Part shown: positions 9,596-19,546 of the stretch, in pieces | Position numbering within the stretch: position 1 is the stretch's first letter | Layout of the letters: each line of letters opens with the position of its first letter | Virus record (IMG/VR): IMGVR_UViG_3300010885_080890 | Length of the DNA: 64,000 bases | From: an uncultured virus (IMG/VR IMGVR_UViG_3300010885_080890) | Lineage: Duplodnaviria > Heunggongvirae > Uroviricota > Caudoviricetes | Reading direction: 5' to 3' (one strand) | The notes under the pieces: generated by a model | What the model was told of the DNA's origin: nothing | Database searches by the model: none | The model's input: only the letters and a program-made list of their open reading frames with translations | Translations under genes and position numbers: made by a program

Positions 9596-11397
9596 AGAAA
9601 ATAATTTTTAATACATTAACAATAAAGAATTTTCTTAGCATAGGAGAAACCCCTGTTAAGATTAATTTTAAGCCAGGGTTACACGGTATTACTGGTATAA
9701 ACAAAGATCAATTTGATAGAAGGAATGGTGTAGGTAAGAGTACTATACCTGATGCATTATATTTTGCCCTGTTCGGGACCACAATAAGAGAGCTCAAAAA
9801 AGAATTTATTATAAACAATATTACTGGTAAAACTTGTGAAGTTTCTCTATTGTTTAGTATTATTAAAGGTAAAGAAAAAACTAATTACGAAATCATCAGA
9901 ACACTCGAGCCCAGTAAGTGTATGCTGTATCAGAATGATAGAGATATAACACGTGATAGTATTGTTAATACTACCCAATATATTTGTGAACTAATTCAAT
10001 GTACACCAGAAATATTTCAAAACTGTGTTATTATGACGGTGAATAACACAGTGCCTTTTATGGCTAAGAAAAAAACTGAAAAGCGTAAATTTATTGAAGG
10101 TATTTTTAATCTTGAAATTTTTAGTAAAATGCTTTTGCAGTTACGCGATGAATATAACGAGGTCAAAAAGACGTTAGACGTAGAAAACGCAAAGCAAGAG
10201 GAGGTTGAAACATCAGTAGCAACATTAATGCAACAAAAAGAAAAAACACACCGGGAGTATGAAGATAGAAAAAATACTCTATTAAAAAGAAAAGACGATA
10301 TAACAAAAGAAATATTTAGTATAAATGAAAGAATTTCTAGTTTTACTCCTATTAATGAAGATGAGGTTAATAAAAATCTTAACCTTTTAGCAAATAAATT
10401 ACAGGAATGCGACAATAAAATCCATGAGCTAGGCAAAAATATTGCTGCGTTAGAAACAAAGAATGAATTTGTTGTTGGATCTTTAGCTAAAATAGGTACA
10501 GAAGACGATATATGCCCTACTTGCTTGAGACAGGTAGAGGACCAGGATAAGCAGCATATTCATAAAACTATCACAGTCTATAAGACCGAATTAAAGCAAA
10601 GAGAGTCTGAAATACGGGGGTTTGAGTCAAAGTTATCCGAGATGAATACACTTAAAGCGAAAATAGTTGATGCCATTAAGAAGGGTCAAAATAGTATTAG
10701 TAAGAATAATTTGCTAAAACAACAGCATAAAAATGATTTGGAAAAAATTAAGCAAATAGATGAATTAAATGGGCAGATAGAGCAAGACCTTAAGCATTTA
10801 AGTGATAGTAGTACAACGATGGATAATTTAATTACCGATACTGAAGATAAGCTTACAAAGATAAAAGAAAAGACAAATGGGTTAAGAAAAGTTATTAATC
10901 TGCTTGATACTGTAAAATTTGTTGTTAGTGAAGAAGGGGTAAAGAGTTTTATTGTGAAAAGAATTTTAAAGCTGTTTAATAGTAAGCTAGCTTCTTATCT
11001 TAAAAGATTAAACTCTAACGCCATTATAACCTTTAATGAATATTTTGAAGATACAATTATTAATGCCAAAGGCAAAGAAACTACTTATTTCAACTTTAGC
11101 GGAGCGGAGAGAAAGGTTATTGATTTAGCTATAATGTTTAGCTTTATAGATATGTTAAGTCTGCAAGGCAATATATATTATAATATTCAATTTTATGATG
11201 AGTTACTAGACACTAGTTTAGACGAAGCTGGTGTTGAATTAGTATTAAGACTATTAGCGGAATTTGTTGAAAAGAACGGTTTCGGTGTATATATAATTAC
11301 CCATAGAAAGGAATGTTCTAGACTGGTGAGCGGTGAAACAATTTATCTCGAAAAACAAAATGGAATTACAACCCTAGGTAAATATATTAACAGTTGA
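9592..11397 (+). CDS. gp46: Recombination ATPase gp46 (Rad50/SbcC-like)
   Basis: NGVGKST Walker A, CPTC zinc hook, FSGAE signature, DELLD Walker B, coiled coils. Confidence 0.93.
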   Translation: MKKIIFNTLTIKNFLSIGETPVKINFKPGLHGITGINKDQFDRRNGVGKSTIPDALYFALFGTTIRELKKEFIINNITGKTCEVSLLFSIIKGKEKTNYEIIRTLEPSKCMLYQNDRDITRDSIVNTTQYICELIQCTPEIFQNCVIMTVNNTVPFMAKKKTEKRKFIEGIFNLEIFSKMLLQLRDEYNEVKKTLDVENAKQEEVETSVATLMQQKEKTHREYEDRKNTLLKRKDDITKEIFSINERISSFTPINEDEVNKNLNLLANKLQECDNKIHELGKNIAALETKNEFVVGSLAKIGTEDDICPTCLRQVEDQDKQHIHKTITVYKTELKQRESEIRGFESKLSEMNTLKAKIVDAIKKGQNSISKNNLLKQQHKNDLEKIKQIDELNGQIEQDLKHLSDSSTTMDNLITDTEDKLTKIKEKTNGLRKVINLLDTVKFVVSEEGVKSFIVKRILKLFNSKLASYLKRLNSNAIITFNEYFEDTIINAKGKETTYFNFSGAERKVIDLAIMFSFIDMLSLQGNIYYNIQFYDELLDTSLDEAGVELVLRLLAEFVEKNGFGVYIITHRKECSRLVSGETIYLEKQNGITTLGKYINS

Positions 11398-11423
11398 ACT
11401 AGTACAAATGATTTATATATAAT
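11394..11423 (+). promoter_or_regulatory. Sigma70-like promoter TTGAAC-N18-TATAAT
   Basis: Intergenic, 5 nt before ATG 11429. Confidence 0.5.
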
Positions 11424-11428
11424 ACAAA

Positions 11429-12652
11429 ATGTTCGCTTCTAACCCCTTTACCCCGCCGCTTTTACAACATACGCAATACTCTAACCCTATTGCACCTTCA
11501 CAATCTATTGTACAGGCTGATAATTCATTGCCGCCAGAAGTCAATTTACCTAGAGTTGTTCAATATTATGCAGATTACTCTGGCTGTGGATTCTGGCGTA
11601 TGCTTTGGCCTGAGCATTTATTAAATGCCTATGGACATATGACAGTTCACGGTAGTACAGTAATGGTTCTCGATCCAAGATGGTACGTAAATGTTAAAGC
11701 AGTAAGAGTTCAAAGACAGGCAACTTCATCACAATTGCAGTTTGTAAAGTTTTTAAAAGAGGTATCCAAGCAGATTGGTTTTAGAATTATTTACGAGATA
11801 GATGATTTAGTATTTTGTGAAGATATACCAGATTATAATAAATTTAAAACGGCTTTCGTTGATCCTGAGATCAGAAAAAATGCTCAAGAGATAATGTCGT
11901 TGTGCGACGAGATTACTGTTACGTGTGATTTCATGAAAGACTATTATGCTGAAAAAACAGGGCATAAAAATATTACTGTAATACCAAATTTTCCGCCAAA
12001 ATTTTGGTTAGGACATTTTTATGATGAAAAGACAATAAGTTCTAATTACGATATCTATAAAAACAAGCCAAGAATTTTATACGCTGGATCAGGAGCTCAT
12101 TTTGATGTTGAAAACCGTGTAAACCAAAACGATGACTTTGCTCATGTTGTTAAAGCTATATATGATACACACAATGAATTTCAGTGGGTATTTTTAGGCG
12201 CTTACCCGCTTGCATTGAGACCTTTAATTGAAGCTGGTGTAGTCGAGTTTCATCCCTGGGTAAATCTTTATAATTATGGTGAGAAAATTAAAAATTTAAG
12301 AATTAATATGGTTGTTGCTCCGCTTCAGAACAATACATTCAACAAAAGTAAATCAGATTTAAAATGGATCGAAGCTAATTGCTTTGGCTTACCTATTGCC
12401 TGCCAGGACTTATGTACATACAAAGATGCTGAGTTTAGGTTTAAAACAGGCGATGAGATGATTGAGAATATTAGGGAAGTTCTTAGTAAGAAGGGCAGAT
12501 ATATGAATATTTGTTCAGCTGCACGTAAGCAAGCAGATAAGCGTTGGTTGGAGAATGATGAAAATCTGGCGTGTTATCGCGAACTATTCAGCTTCCCTTA
12601 CGGAAGTAAAGATAGAGCTCAGCTCAATAGAATTAATAATATTAAAGCTTAG
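11429..12652 (+). CDS. Glycosyltransferase (GT-B-like)
   Basis: ADYSGCGFWR, YEIDD, VIPN, APLQNNTFNKSKSDLKWIE motifs seen in phage glycosyltransferases. Confidence 0.75.
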   Translation: MFASNPFTPPLLQHTQYSNPIAPSQSIVQADNSLPPEVNLPRVVQYYADYSGCGFWRMLWPEHLLNAYGHMTVHGSTVMVLDPRWYVNVKAVRVQRQATSSQLQFVKFLKEVSKQIGFRIIYEIDDLVFCEDIPDYNKFKTAFVDPEIRKNAQEIMSLCDEITVTCDFMKDYYAEKTGHKNITVIPNFPPKFWLGHFYDEKTISSNYDIYKNKPRILYAGSGAHFDVENRVNQNDDFAHVVKAIYDTHNEFQWVFLGAYPLALRPLIEAGVVEFHPWVNLYNYGEKIKNLRINMVVAPLQNNTFNKSKSDLKWIEANCFGLPIACQDLCTYKDAEFRFKTGDEMIENIREVLSKKGRYMNICSAARKQADKRWLENDENLACYRELFSFPYGSKDRAQLNRINNIKA

Positions 12653-12968
12653 TTAAGACTTTAAACAGATAGCAAATACTTGGATAAGTTATAAACGTTA
12701 ATACAGGTGTAATCAACGTTGCATTAGAAAAAAGTACAAAAAGTATTCCTACCAAAAGAGAAAGCCAGAAACTCAAACATATCCAACAAGACAATAGCTT
12801 ACTGAGAAACGGACTCTTAATACACAAATAGTCATCAAACTCCATATTAATAATAAAGTCTTTGTTAAAGAAAATTTTGCCAAGAGTTATTTTAAGTGGG
12901 CTACCAAACCATAATAACAGAAGACTGCAAACAAATAAAGAACCTGTAAAAAAATCTATAATGCTCAT
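12642..12968 (-). CDS. Small membrane protein with CxxC (DUF1360-like)
   Basis: Hydrophobic segments, LLSCWICLSFW; start reassigned to ATG 12968 overlapping upstream stop. Confidence 0.6.
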   Translation of the reverse strand: MSIIDFFTGSLFVCSLLLLWFGSPLKITLGKIFFNKDFIINMEFDDYLCIKSPFLSKLLSCWICLSFWLSLLVGILFVLFSNATLITPVLTFITYPSICYLFKVLTKL

Positions 12969-13156
12969 TGTATTAACTGTTGCTGTAACCTTGCAATATA
13001 TTGCTGTCTTAGGTTTCTTTCTGCACAACTCCCACACCCGCCTTGCTTTCGTACGTTATCAAAATCTTGGCCATACTGATGCCGGAGAGATTCACAGTCC
13101 CTGATTTTGTCAGGGCATGGCTTAGTAAAATCAAAGAATTGCATTATTTCATCCAT
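12965..13156 (-). CDS. Small Cys-rich hypothetical protein (63 aa)
   Basis: MDEIMQFFDFTKPC..C..GGCGSC; start reassigned to ATG 13156. Confidence 0.6.
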   Translation of the reverse strand: MDEIMQFFDFTKPCPDKIRDCESLRHQYGQDFDNVRKQGGCGSCAERNLRQQYIARLQQQLIQ

Positions 13157-13201
13157 ATAATATATTATTGCTAAAGTAAGAAAATCAATTATTATATATA
13201 G

Positions 13202-15787
13202 ATGATAGGATATAGAAATGTTGCATACGACCCGAGGCAAGAGCTTATACGCTTGTTTACCTGGGATAGTAATGGAAAGAGAGTTGCTATTGACTCTACT
13301 TTTCATCCTTATATATTCCTAGAAAGTAACAATTCTCAAGACGCTACAAGTATCTTTAATACAAAATTAAAGAAAAAAAGCTTTAGAAATCAATTTGAAA
13401 AATCCAGATATTTAAATGAAACTAAAACAAGTAGAATTTTTGAAAATTTATCTCCCTCGCAGCAATTCCTGATTGATAATTTTTGGCAAGTAAATGAGAG
13501 TGCTGAATTCTCACAATTTCCCCTTAAACTATTTTTTCTAGATATCGAAACATATTCTGTAGATGACTTTCCAAATATCGAAACTGCCAATCATCCTATT
13601 AATATCATAACTATTTATGATACTTTAGTTAAAAAATTTGTAACTTGGGGTACTAAACCTTATCATAAAATTGCAGAGGATCAGGTTTATTTTTACTGTA
13701 AAACTGAAAGAGAGATGCTTGAAAGATTTATAAAACATTTTGAAAATGATTATCCTGACGTTGTGCTGGGATGGAATTCAGTATTGTTCGACTTGCCATA
13801 TTTAATTAATAGAATTAGAGGATTGTTCGATGATGCCACGGTAGCAAGATTAAGCCCTATGCAAAGGGTACATAGTAGAACCCTCAGAGGACAATTTGGT
13901 AAGGAGCAAGTAAGATGGTATATTGACGGTATATCGTGCTTAGACTACCTAGATATTTACAAGCGTTTCTGCATGGTATTGAGAGAGAATTATAAGCTCA
14001 ATAATATTACTAAAATAGAGCTGGGTGAACAAAAGATAGATTACGGTGAAACTAATTTGAGTAGTCTTGCTGATACAGATTGGGGCAAATTTGTCGAATA
14101 TAACATTCAGGACGTACGACTACTTGTTAGATTAGAGGAAAAGTTACAATATTTTCAATTATTACGAATGTTAAGCTACACAGGATTAACAACAATGGAA
14201 GCTGCGATGGGTAGTATGAGCGTCATTATCGGCGCATGTGCTGTAAGGGCAAGATATAGAAATAAAAAAATACCTACTTTTATTAGAGGAGAAGACGATG
14301 GAAAGCAGAACGAGGGTGCCTACGTGAGTGAGCCAAAAAGAGGATTTCAGAAGAGTGTTGTCAGTTTTGATGCAAACAGTCTATATCCGTCTGTGATGAT
14401 AACTTTAAATTTATCCCCTGAAACAAAGATGGGTGTTATAGAGAATCAAACAAAAGAAGAAGTCACAATTAGGGATACTAACAACAATATGGTTACTCTT
14501 CCTATATCTAAATTTGCTACTTTAGTGCAGCAAGAGAAACTAAGCATAAGTAAAGCTAAAGTTTTGTTTAGTCAGAAGCACAAAGGGATTATCCCTGAAA
14601 TGGTTGATTTATATTACAAATATCGCGTCCAGGTGAGAAAAGATTTAAAGAAAGTCAAGAGACATCTTACCACACTAATAAAGGGGACAGCGGAATATCA
14701 AAAGACTAAAGACGAGATAAACGTTTTGAATATCAAGCAACACACGATAAAAATCTTTATTAATACAGTCTACGGGGCACTTGGCAATAAAGTTTTTCCT
14801 CTTGGAGATGATGACCTGGCTAGAAGTATTACACTAACCGGGCAGGCAGTTATTAAGCAAGGCAATATTATACTATCAAACTATATTAAGGAAAAGGCTA
14901 ATCTATCAGAAGATGATATTAAGAAGGATACACCAATCATTTATAATGATACAGACTCAGTATATATCACATTACAGTCTTTAATCGAAAAAGCAGGCTT
15001 GCCATTTCTTAATAACGGCAAAATTGCACCTGAGTTTTATAAAGAAGTTGAAAATATAGAGAATTATCTCAATTCTCAGATAAAGCTCTGGTGTGAGAAG
15101 TCTCTAAATAGCCATGACAGTAGAATTATTTTTAAACGCGAAGCAATTTGTGACGTTGGTGTTTTTCTACAAAAAAAACGCTATGTTATTCATATTTTAG
15201 ATGAAGAAGGTATACCTACAGAGAAATTTAAGTATACAGGTGTAGAAATAGCTAGAACAACAATGCCTGCACCAATTAAGCCGCACGCAAAAAGAATTGT
15301 TGAAACAATGTTACTAACTCAAGATCAGCAAAAGACGGGTGAGGTAATTGCCGAGACATACGATTTATTTAAAACGCTTCCTTTTAACGATATATCTTTT
15401 GTTACTGGTTTAAAGGGCTATGAAAAGTATTCTCACCGTTGCGATGGGTTTAAAACTGTCAAATCAATGCCCTTACACGTAAAAGCTGCTTATATGCACA
15501 ACTTGTTATTAACGACTTTTAATATTGACAAGAAGTATGAAAAAATAGGGTCAGGAGATAAGATAAGATATTTTTATGTCAAGCAGCCTAATAAGTTTAA
15601 TATTAGTGCTATCGCATACAAATATTATTATCCGGAAGAATTTGCTAATATATTTGAACCAGATCATGATTTAATGTTTGAAAAGATTATATACAGTGCT
15701 GTAGAGCGTTTTTACGAAGCAGTGAACTGGGTACCTAAAAAACCAGGTGAAGCGCTTCAATGCGATTTATTTTCACTTTTAAGTTGA
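13202..15787 (+). CDS. gp43: DNA polymerase family B (gp43)
   Basis: LDIET ExoI, GWNSVLFD, YNIQD, SFDANSLYPS, KIFINTVYG, YNDTDS, KKRY. Confidence 0.96.
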   Translation: MIGYRNVAYDPRQELIRLFTWDSNGKRVAIDSTFHPYIFLESNNSQDATSIFNTKLKKKSFRNQFEKSRYLNETKTSRIFENLSPSQQFLIDNFWQVNESAEFSQFPLKLFFLDIETYSVDDFPNIETANHPINIITIYDTLVKKFVTWGTKPYHKIAEDQVYFYCKTEREMLERFIKHFENDYPDVVLGWNSVLFDLPYLINRIRGLFDDATVARLSPMQRVHSRTLRGQFGKEQVRWYIDGISCLDYLDIYKRFCMVLRENYKLNNITKIELGEQKIDYGETNLSSLADTDWGKFVEYNIQDVRLLVRLEEKLQYFQLLRMLSYTGLTTMEAAMGSMSVIIGACAVRARYRNKKIPTFIRGEDDGKQNEGAYVSEPKRGFQKSVVSFDANSLYPSVMITLNLSPETKMGVIENQTKEEVTIRDTNNNMVTLPISKFATLVQQEKLSISKAKVLFSQKHKGIIPEMVDLYYKYRVQVRKDLKKVKRHLTTLIKGTAEYQKTKDEINVLNIKQHTIKIFINTVYGALGNKVFPLGDDDLARSITLTGQAVIKQGNIILSNYIKEKANLSEDDIKKDTPIIYNDTDSVYITLQSLIEKAGLPFLNNGKIAPEFYKEVENIENYLNSQIKLWCEKSLNSHDSRIIFKREAICDVGVFLQKKRYVIHILDEEGIPTEKFKYTGVEIARTTMPAPIKPHAKRIVETMLLTQDQQKTGEVIAETYDLFKTLPFNDISFVTGLKGYEKYSHRCDGFKTVKSMPLHVKAAYMHNLLLTTFNIDKKYEKIGSGDKIRYFYVKQPNKFNISAIAYKYYYPEEFANIFEPDHDLMFEKIIYSAVERFYEAVNWVPKKPGEALQCDLFSLLS

Positions 15788-15817
15788 TTTTTTTTAAGCA
15801 TCATATATATTATTGAT

Positions 15818-16177
15818 ATGAGTAATATTATTGTCTTTGTAAATCATGTCGGTCAAACCCTTATTGCAGAGCAGCTGCAAGAAACTAAGGATAATTTAAA
15901 AATTAAGAATCCTGCTATTCTGCATGTTGTTCCTAATCAAACGGGTCAACTGCAAGTTCAATTAATTCCATATTTTTTCAAGGAATTTATTGAACCTAAG
16001 GCAAGAAAAGAAGGTGCTATTTTTAATTTTGATAAGTCTAAGGTTGTTTCTAGCGAGATTAAGCTAGAACCAAAGCTTGCAGAGCAGTACAATCGCATCT
16101 TTTCTGATACCCCTGTTGCAAATGCTACATCACAGCAGGGCGGCGAAGCTTCAGTTATCAAGTTGTTTGACGAATGA
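15818..16177 (+). CDS. Hypothetical protein
   Basis: 119 aa between gp43 and uvsX, behind TTGATT...TATTAT. Confidence 0.7.
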   Translation: MSNIIVFVNHVGQTLIAEQLQETKDNLKIKNPAILHVVPNQTGQLQVQLIPYFFKEFIEPKARKEGAIFNFDKSKVVSSEIKLEPKLAEQYNRIFSDTPVANATSQQGGEASVIKLFDE

Positions 16178-17256
16178 AGCAAGACGAGATACTGTCAAAA
16201 GCATTTAAAGCGTTAGATGCCCTTAACCCGGAAGCTACGTTTTTATCTGAAAACGCACTCTGTAATGTTGATACTTGGTATGATACAGGCTGCTACGCTC
16301 TAAATGCTATTGTATCTGGTAAACTACGTGAAGGCGGTATCCCTAAGGGTAGAATAACAATATTTGCCGGTCCTTCGCAAACAGGTAAAACATTGCTTGT
16401 AAATAAAATTCTTGGACTAGCTCAGAAGAAAGGTATTATACCAGTAATATTTGATACTGAGTTTGCTATTGACAAGACAACCACCGCTGGTGTTGGTCTT
16501 GATCCAGATAAAACAAAATATGTACCTGTTTATACTATTGAAAATGCTCGTAATCAAATCAGTACATTTTTAGATAGTATTGTTGAGAATAATCTACAAG
16601 GTAAATTTATTATTAGCTTAGATAGCTTAGGTAATCTTGCAGGTAGTAAAGAAGTTTCAGATGTTGAGAAAGACAAGAGCGCTGCCGATATGGGCACAAG
16701 AGCTAAAGGGTTAAAGAGTATGCTAAGACTTTTAACTTATAAAGCGGGTCGCGCAGGTGTCCCTATTCTGATGACTAATCATACTTATAGCGATCCTGCA
16801 TCACTGTATCCTTCACTAGTACAAAATCAAAGCGGTGGCAGTGGCCCTCTTTATATGGCTAGTGTAATTGTTCAGTTAGCTAAGAGAAATGAAAAGCAGG
16901 AAAATGAAGAGGAAGCAATCCTGCCTGAAGCTAAGAATTATAATGGCGTAACATTGAGAGCACTGACTGTAAAAAATAGATTTGTACCGCCTTTTCTTGA
17001 GGCTAGCATTAATTTGAACTATTTAACTGGTCTCGATAAGTATAGTGGCTTACTCGAGATGGCTGTTAACCATGGTTTGATTATTCAAACCGGTTCTACT
17101 TACACCAAACCAGACGGTACCAAGCTAGGTTACGCAAAGAACTTTACTAAAGATAAAAAGTTCTTTGATGAGTTAATCCCTTTGCTAGATAAAAAGCTTG
17201 AAACCGCATACAAATATGGAAACGTATCTGATGAGGTTGTGAGTGAAAAAGAATAA
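16174..17256 (+). CDS. uvsX: RecA-like recombinase UvsX
   Basis: DTGCYALN, GPSQTGKT, FDTE, LDSLG, DMGTRAK, TNHTY, SGG, KNRF. Confidence 0.93.
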   Translation: MKQDEILSKAFKALDALNPEATFLSENALCNVDTWYDTGCYALNAIVSGKLREGGIPKGRITIFAGPSQTGKTLLVNKILGLAQKKGIIPVIFDTEFAIDKTTTAGVGLDPDKTKYVPVYTIENARNQISTFLDSIVENNLQGKFIISLDSLGNLAGSKEVSDVEKDKSAADMGTRAKGLKSMLRLLTYKAGRAGVPILMTNHTYSDPASLYPSLVQNQSGGSGPLYMASVIVQLAKRNEKQENEEEAILPEAKNYNGVTLRALTVKNRFVPPFLEASINLNYLTGLDKYSGLLEMAVNHGLIIQTGSTYTKPDGTKLGYAKNFTKDKKFFDELIPLLDKKLETAYKYGNVSDEVVSEKE

Positions 17257-17986
17257 AGTAGTTGTTCCTATTTCCGGCGGTATGGATAGTACTGTCATTT
17301 TATATAAAGCTGTAGAGCAGTTTGGCGTAGAAAATGTTCTTGGATTATCATACGATTACGGCCAACGGCACAAAAGAGAATTAAAATTAGCAAAATACCA
17401 TATTGAAAAATTAAAAATAAAAGAATGGTCTACTATTGACGTGACGTTTATCAGACAGCTTGCACCAACAAGTAGTTTAACTAATGATGATATTGATACA
17501 CCTGATATAAGACAAATCGCGGGTGAGGCGCAACCTAAATCGTATGTTCCAAATAGAAATATGATTTTTTTGAGCATTGCTGCTTCGTATGCAGAAGCTG
17601 TAGGCGCTAGTGTGGTGTATCACGGTGCGACTAAAGTTGATAGTTTAGCCGGCTACTGGGATGCTAGTCCAGAATTTCTACCAACTATTAACAGTGTATT
17701 AGCTCTTAATAGAGAAATTAGAATTAGTATAGAAGCCCCGTTAATAGAAATGGATAAGGCTGATATTGTAAAAGAGGGTATTAGACTGAAAGTACCGTTT
17801 AGCAAAACATATACGTGTTATTCTGGTGAAAATTTGAGCGATGCAAATTCACCTAGCAGTGCATTGCGTATCAAAGGATTTGCAAAAGCTGGTTATATAG
17901 ACCCTCTTAAATATAGACAAGATTTAAGCAATGTATGGGAAAAGTATAATTGTAGATTAATTGACTACGACACATATAATAATTAA
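17243..17986 (+). CDS. queC: QueC-like PP-loop ATPase (7-cyano-7-deazaguanine synthase family), Zn site degenerate
   Basis: SGGMDS, YGQRH, SSLT, YVPNRNMIFLS, KADIV, TYTCY. Confidence 0.85.
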   Translation: MKKNKVVVPISGGMDSTVILYKAVEQFGVENVLGLSYDYGQRHKRELKLAKYHIEKLKIKEWSTIDVTFIRQLAPTSSLTNDDIDTPDIRQIAGEAQPKSYVPNRNMIFLSIAASYAEAVGASVVYHGATKVDSLAGYWDASPEFLPTINSVLALNREIRISIEAPLIEMDKADIVKEGIRLKVPFSKTYTCYSGENLSDANSPSSALRIKGFAKAGYIDPLKYRQDLSNVWEKYNCRLIDYDTYNN

Positions 17987-18661
17987 ATGTGTGGTATTTT
18001 TGGAGCGACTGAAAGAGAGCAATTTCTCACCCTCTACGAATTAAATCAAAAGAGAGGCAATTTTGCCACATCGCTCTGCTTTGTTAATAAGAAAGGCGAT
18101 ATGCATATTCATCGCTGGAGCGGCGTCATAGATACTCGGCAAATTAAAAAAACTCTAGATAATACAGAAGAAGAAATTGTTATGCTTGTCGGTCATACAC
18201 AAGCACCTACTTCCTCGAAAAGAAAGTATTCTGCAGAAACCGCTCACCCTTTTAACGTACAAAACTATACAATAGCACATAATGGGGTTTTATCTAATTT
18301 TAATGATTTGAAGGAAATGTTTGACCCTAAATGGAAGAATCCTGTTGATAGTAGTATTATACCTTTTATGTGTACAATGTATGAAGAAGAATTTCCAAAC
18401 AGTGAAAGTATAGAAGCAATTATACATACGCTAGGTAAACTGGAAGGTACGTTTGGACTATGGATATATGAATCATCGCGCAATACAATGTATCTTGCAA
18501 GATGTGGTAGTACGTTGTTTGCTAATAAAATAGAAAATAGTTTTAGCAGTGTAAAATTTAAAAACTCTGAAGCTCTGGACGAAGGGAGTTTATATCAATT
18601 GACACCTGAAGGGATTACAGCTGTAGGGGTGTTTGACTGTGACAGTCCGTTCTTTACTTAA
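17987..18661 (+). CDS. Class II (Ntn) glutamine amidotransferase
   Basis: N-terminal MCGIFG, RG, GHT.APT, HPF, AHNG, VDS. Confidence 0.85.
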   Translation: MCGIFGATEREQFLTLYELNQKRGNFATSLCFVNKKGDMHIHRWSGVIDTRQIKKTLDNTEEEIVMLVGHTQAPTSSKRKYSAETAHPFNVQNYTIAHNGVLSNFNDLKEMFDPKWKNPVDSSIIPFMCTMYEEEFPNSESIEAIIHTLGKLEGTFGLWIYESSRNTMYLARCGSTLFANKIENSFSSVKFKNSEALDEGSLYQLTPEGITAVGVFDCDSPFFT

Positions 18662-19506
18662 TCACCGAAGCTAAATCCACCAGCGTCAACTCCTCTATCT
18701 CTACCTATCATTCCTAGCTCCCGGGCAACCGTACCTGCGTCGTCTGTCTCTGGATAATCTTCTATTGTATCCACTTCACCCGATCCTTCGCCTTCTGCAG
18801 ATTGTTTTTCTACTTGCTTTTCCTTTAGTACTCCTGCTTGCTTAAGAATATCTATTAAATCATAAGATTTTATCTTTAATTGCTGATCTTTAGGCAAGCC
18901 CGGGGTCTCGTTGTATTCTTTTATAGCGTTTTTAAGTACACCTAAAATTTCTTTTTCGTTAATATCTTCGTCAGGCAGCCCAAAGACTAAAGCCTTCAGC
19001 TTCTTATTCTCAATAGCTACCGATTTATCTATTTCATATACAGTTTCTGTCTTTACTGGCTTAGCCTCTGGAGCAGATTTTGCACCATCTTCTACAGCTT
19101 TTTCCACTTCTTTAGGCTGCGCTACGGCATTACCATGTTCATCTATATCAATAACATCAAGTAAATTATTAACTATTCTAGCTGTATAGCCTGCAACAGT
19201 TGATCCAATTTTTAGTTCGTCTTTTATTAAATTAATTAACTCAACCTTGAATTTATCTTTTGAACCAGGGTAAAATAGTTTATATTCCATACCATTAGAT
19301 GTATGTGTTACAGGTTTGAACAGCTTGGTTTCTATACTGTTAATTAATGAATCAATTTTTTCGTCCGGTAACCCCTTCAAGCCGTAACCACCACCAGCAC
19401 CCTGACGGGGATCAGATTTAAATTTTAACTTATCAACAGCATATTTTGCCATTTCATCTAAATGCTTTGAATATGCCTCAAAAATAAATTTACTATCATT
19501 GTCCAT
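18658..19506 (-). CDS. Hypothetical late protein
   Basis: 282 aa, TATAAATA at 19517-19524 on minus strand; MDNDSKFIFEAY start. Confidence 0.7.
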   Translation of the reverse strand: MDNDSKFIFEAYSKHLDEMAKYAVDKLKFKSDPRQGAGGGYGLKGLPDEKIDSLINSIETKLFKPVTHTSNGMEYKLFYPGSKDKFKVELINLIKDELKIGSTVAGYTARIVNNLLDVIDIDEHGNAVAQPKEVEKAVEDGAKSAPEAKPVKTETVYEIDKSVAIENKKLKALVFGLPDEDINEKEILGVLKNAIKEYNETPGLPKDQQLKIKSYDLIDILKQAGVLKEKQVEKQSAEGEGSGEVDTIEDYPETDDAGTVARELGMIGRDRGVDAGGFSFGD

Positions 19507-19511
19507 AGTAC

Positions 19512-19539
19512 TTGATTATTTATAAGAAATCATTATAAT
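19512..19539 (+). promoter_or_regulatory. Sigma70-like promoter TTGATT-N16-TATAAT overlapping a divergent late promoter
   Basis: 7 nt before ATG 19547; overlaps minus-strand TATAAATA. Confidence 0.6.
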
Positions 19540-19546
19540 TTCATGT

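Noticed and set aside
14940..14960. YNDTDS instead of YGDTDS in the polymerase active site as a sign of modified-base use
   Set aside because: Catalytic DTDS is intact and this position varies among family B polymerases; insufficient on its own
17243..18661. Complete 7-deazaguanine (dpd) pathway or a QatABCD/CBASS defence system
   Set aside because: No DpdA, QueD, QueE, FolE, TatD, KAP ATPase or CD-NTase was recognised in the window
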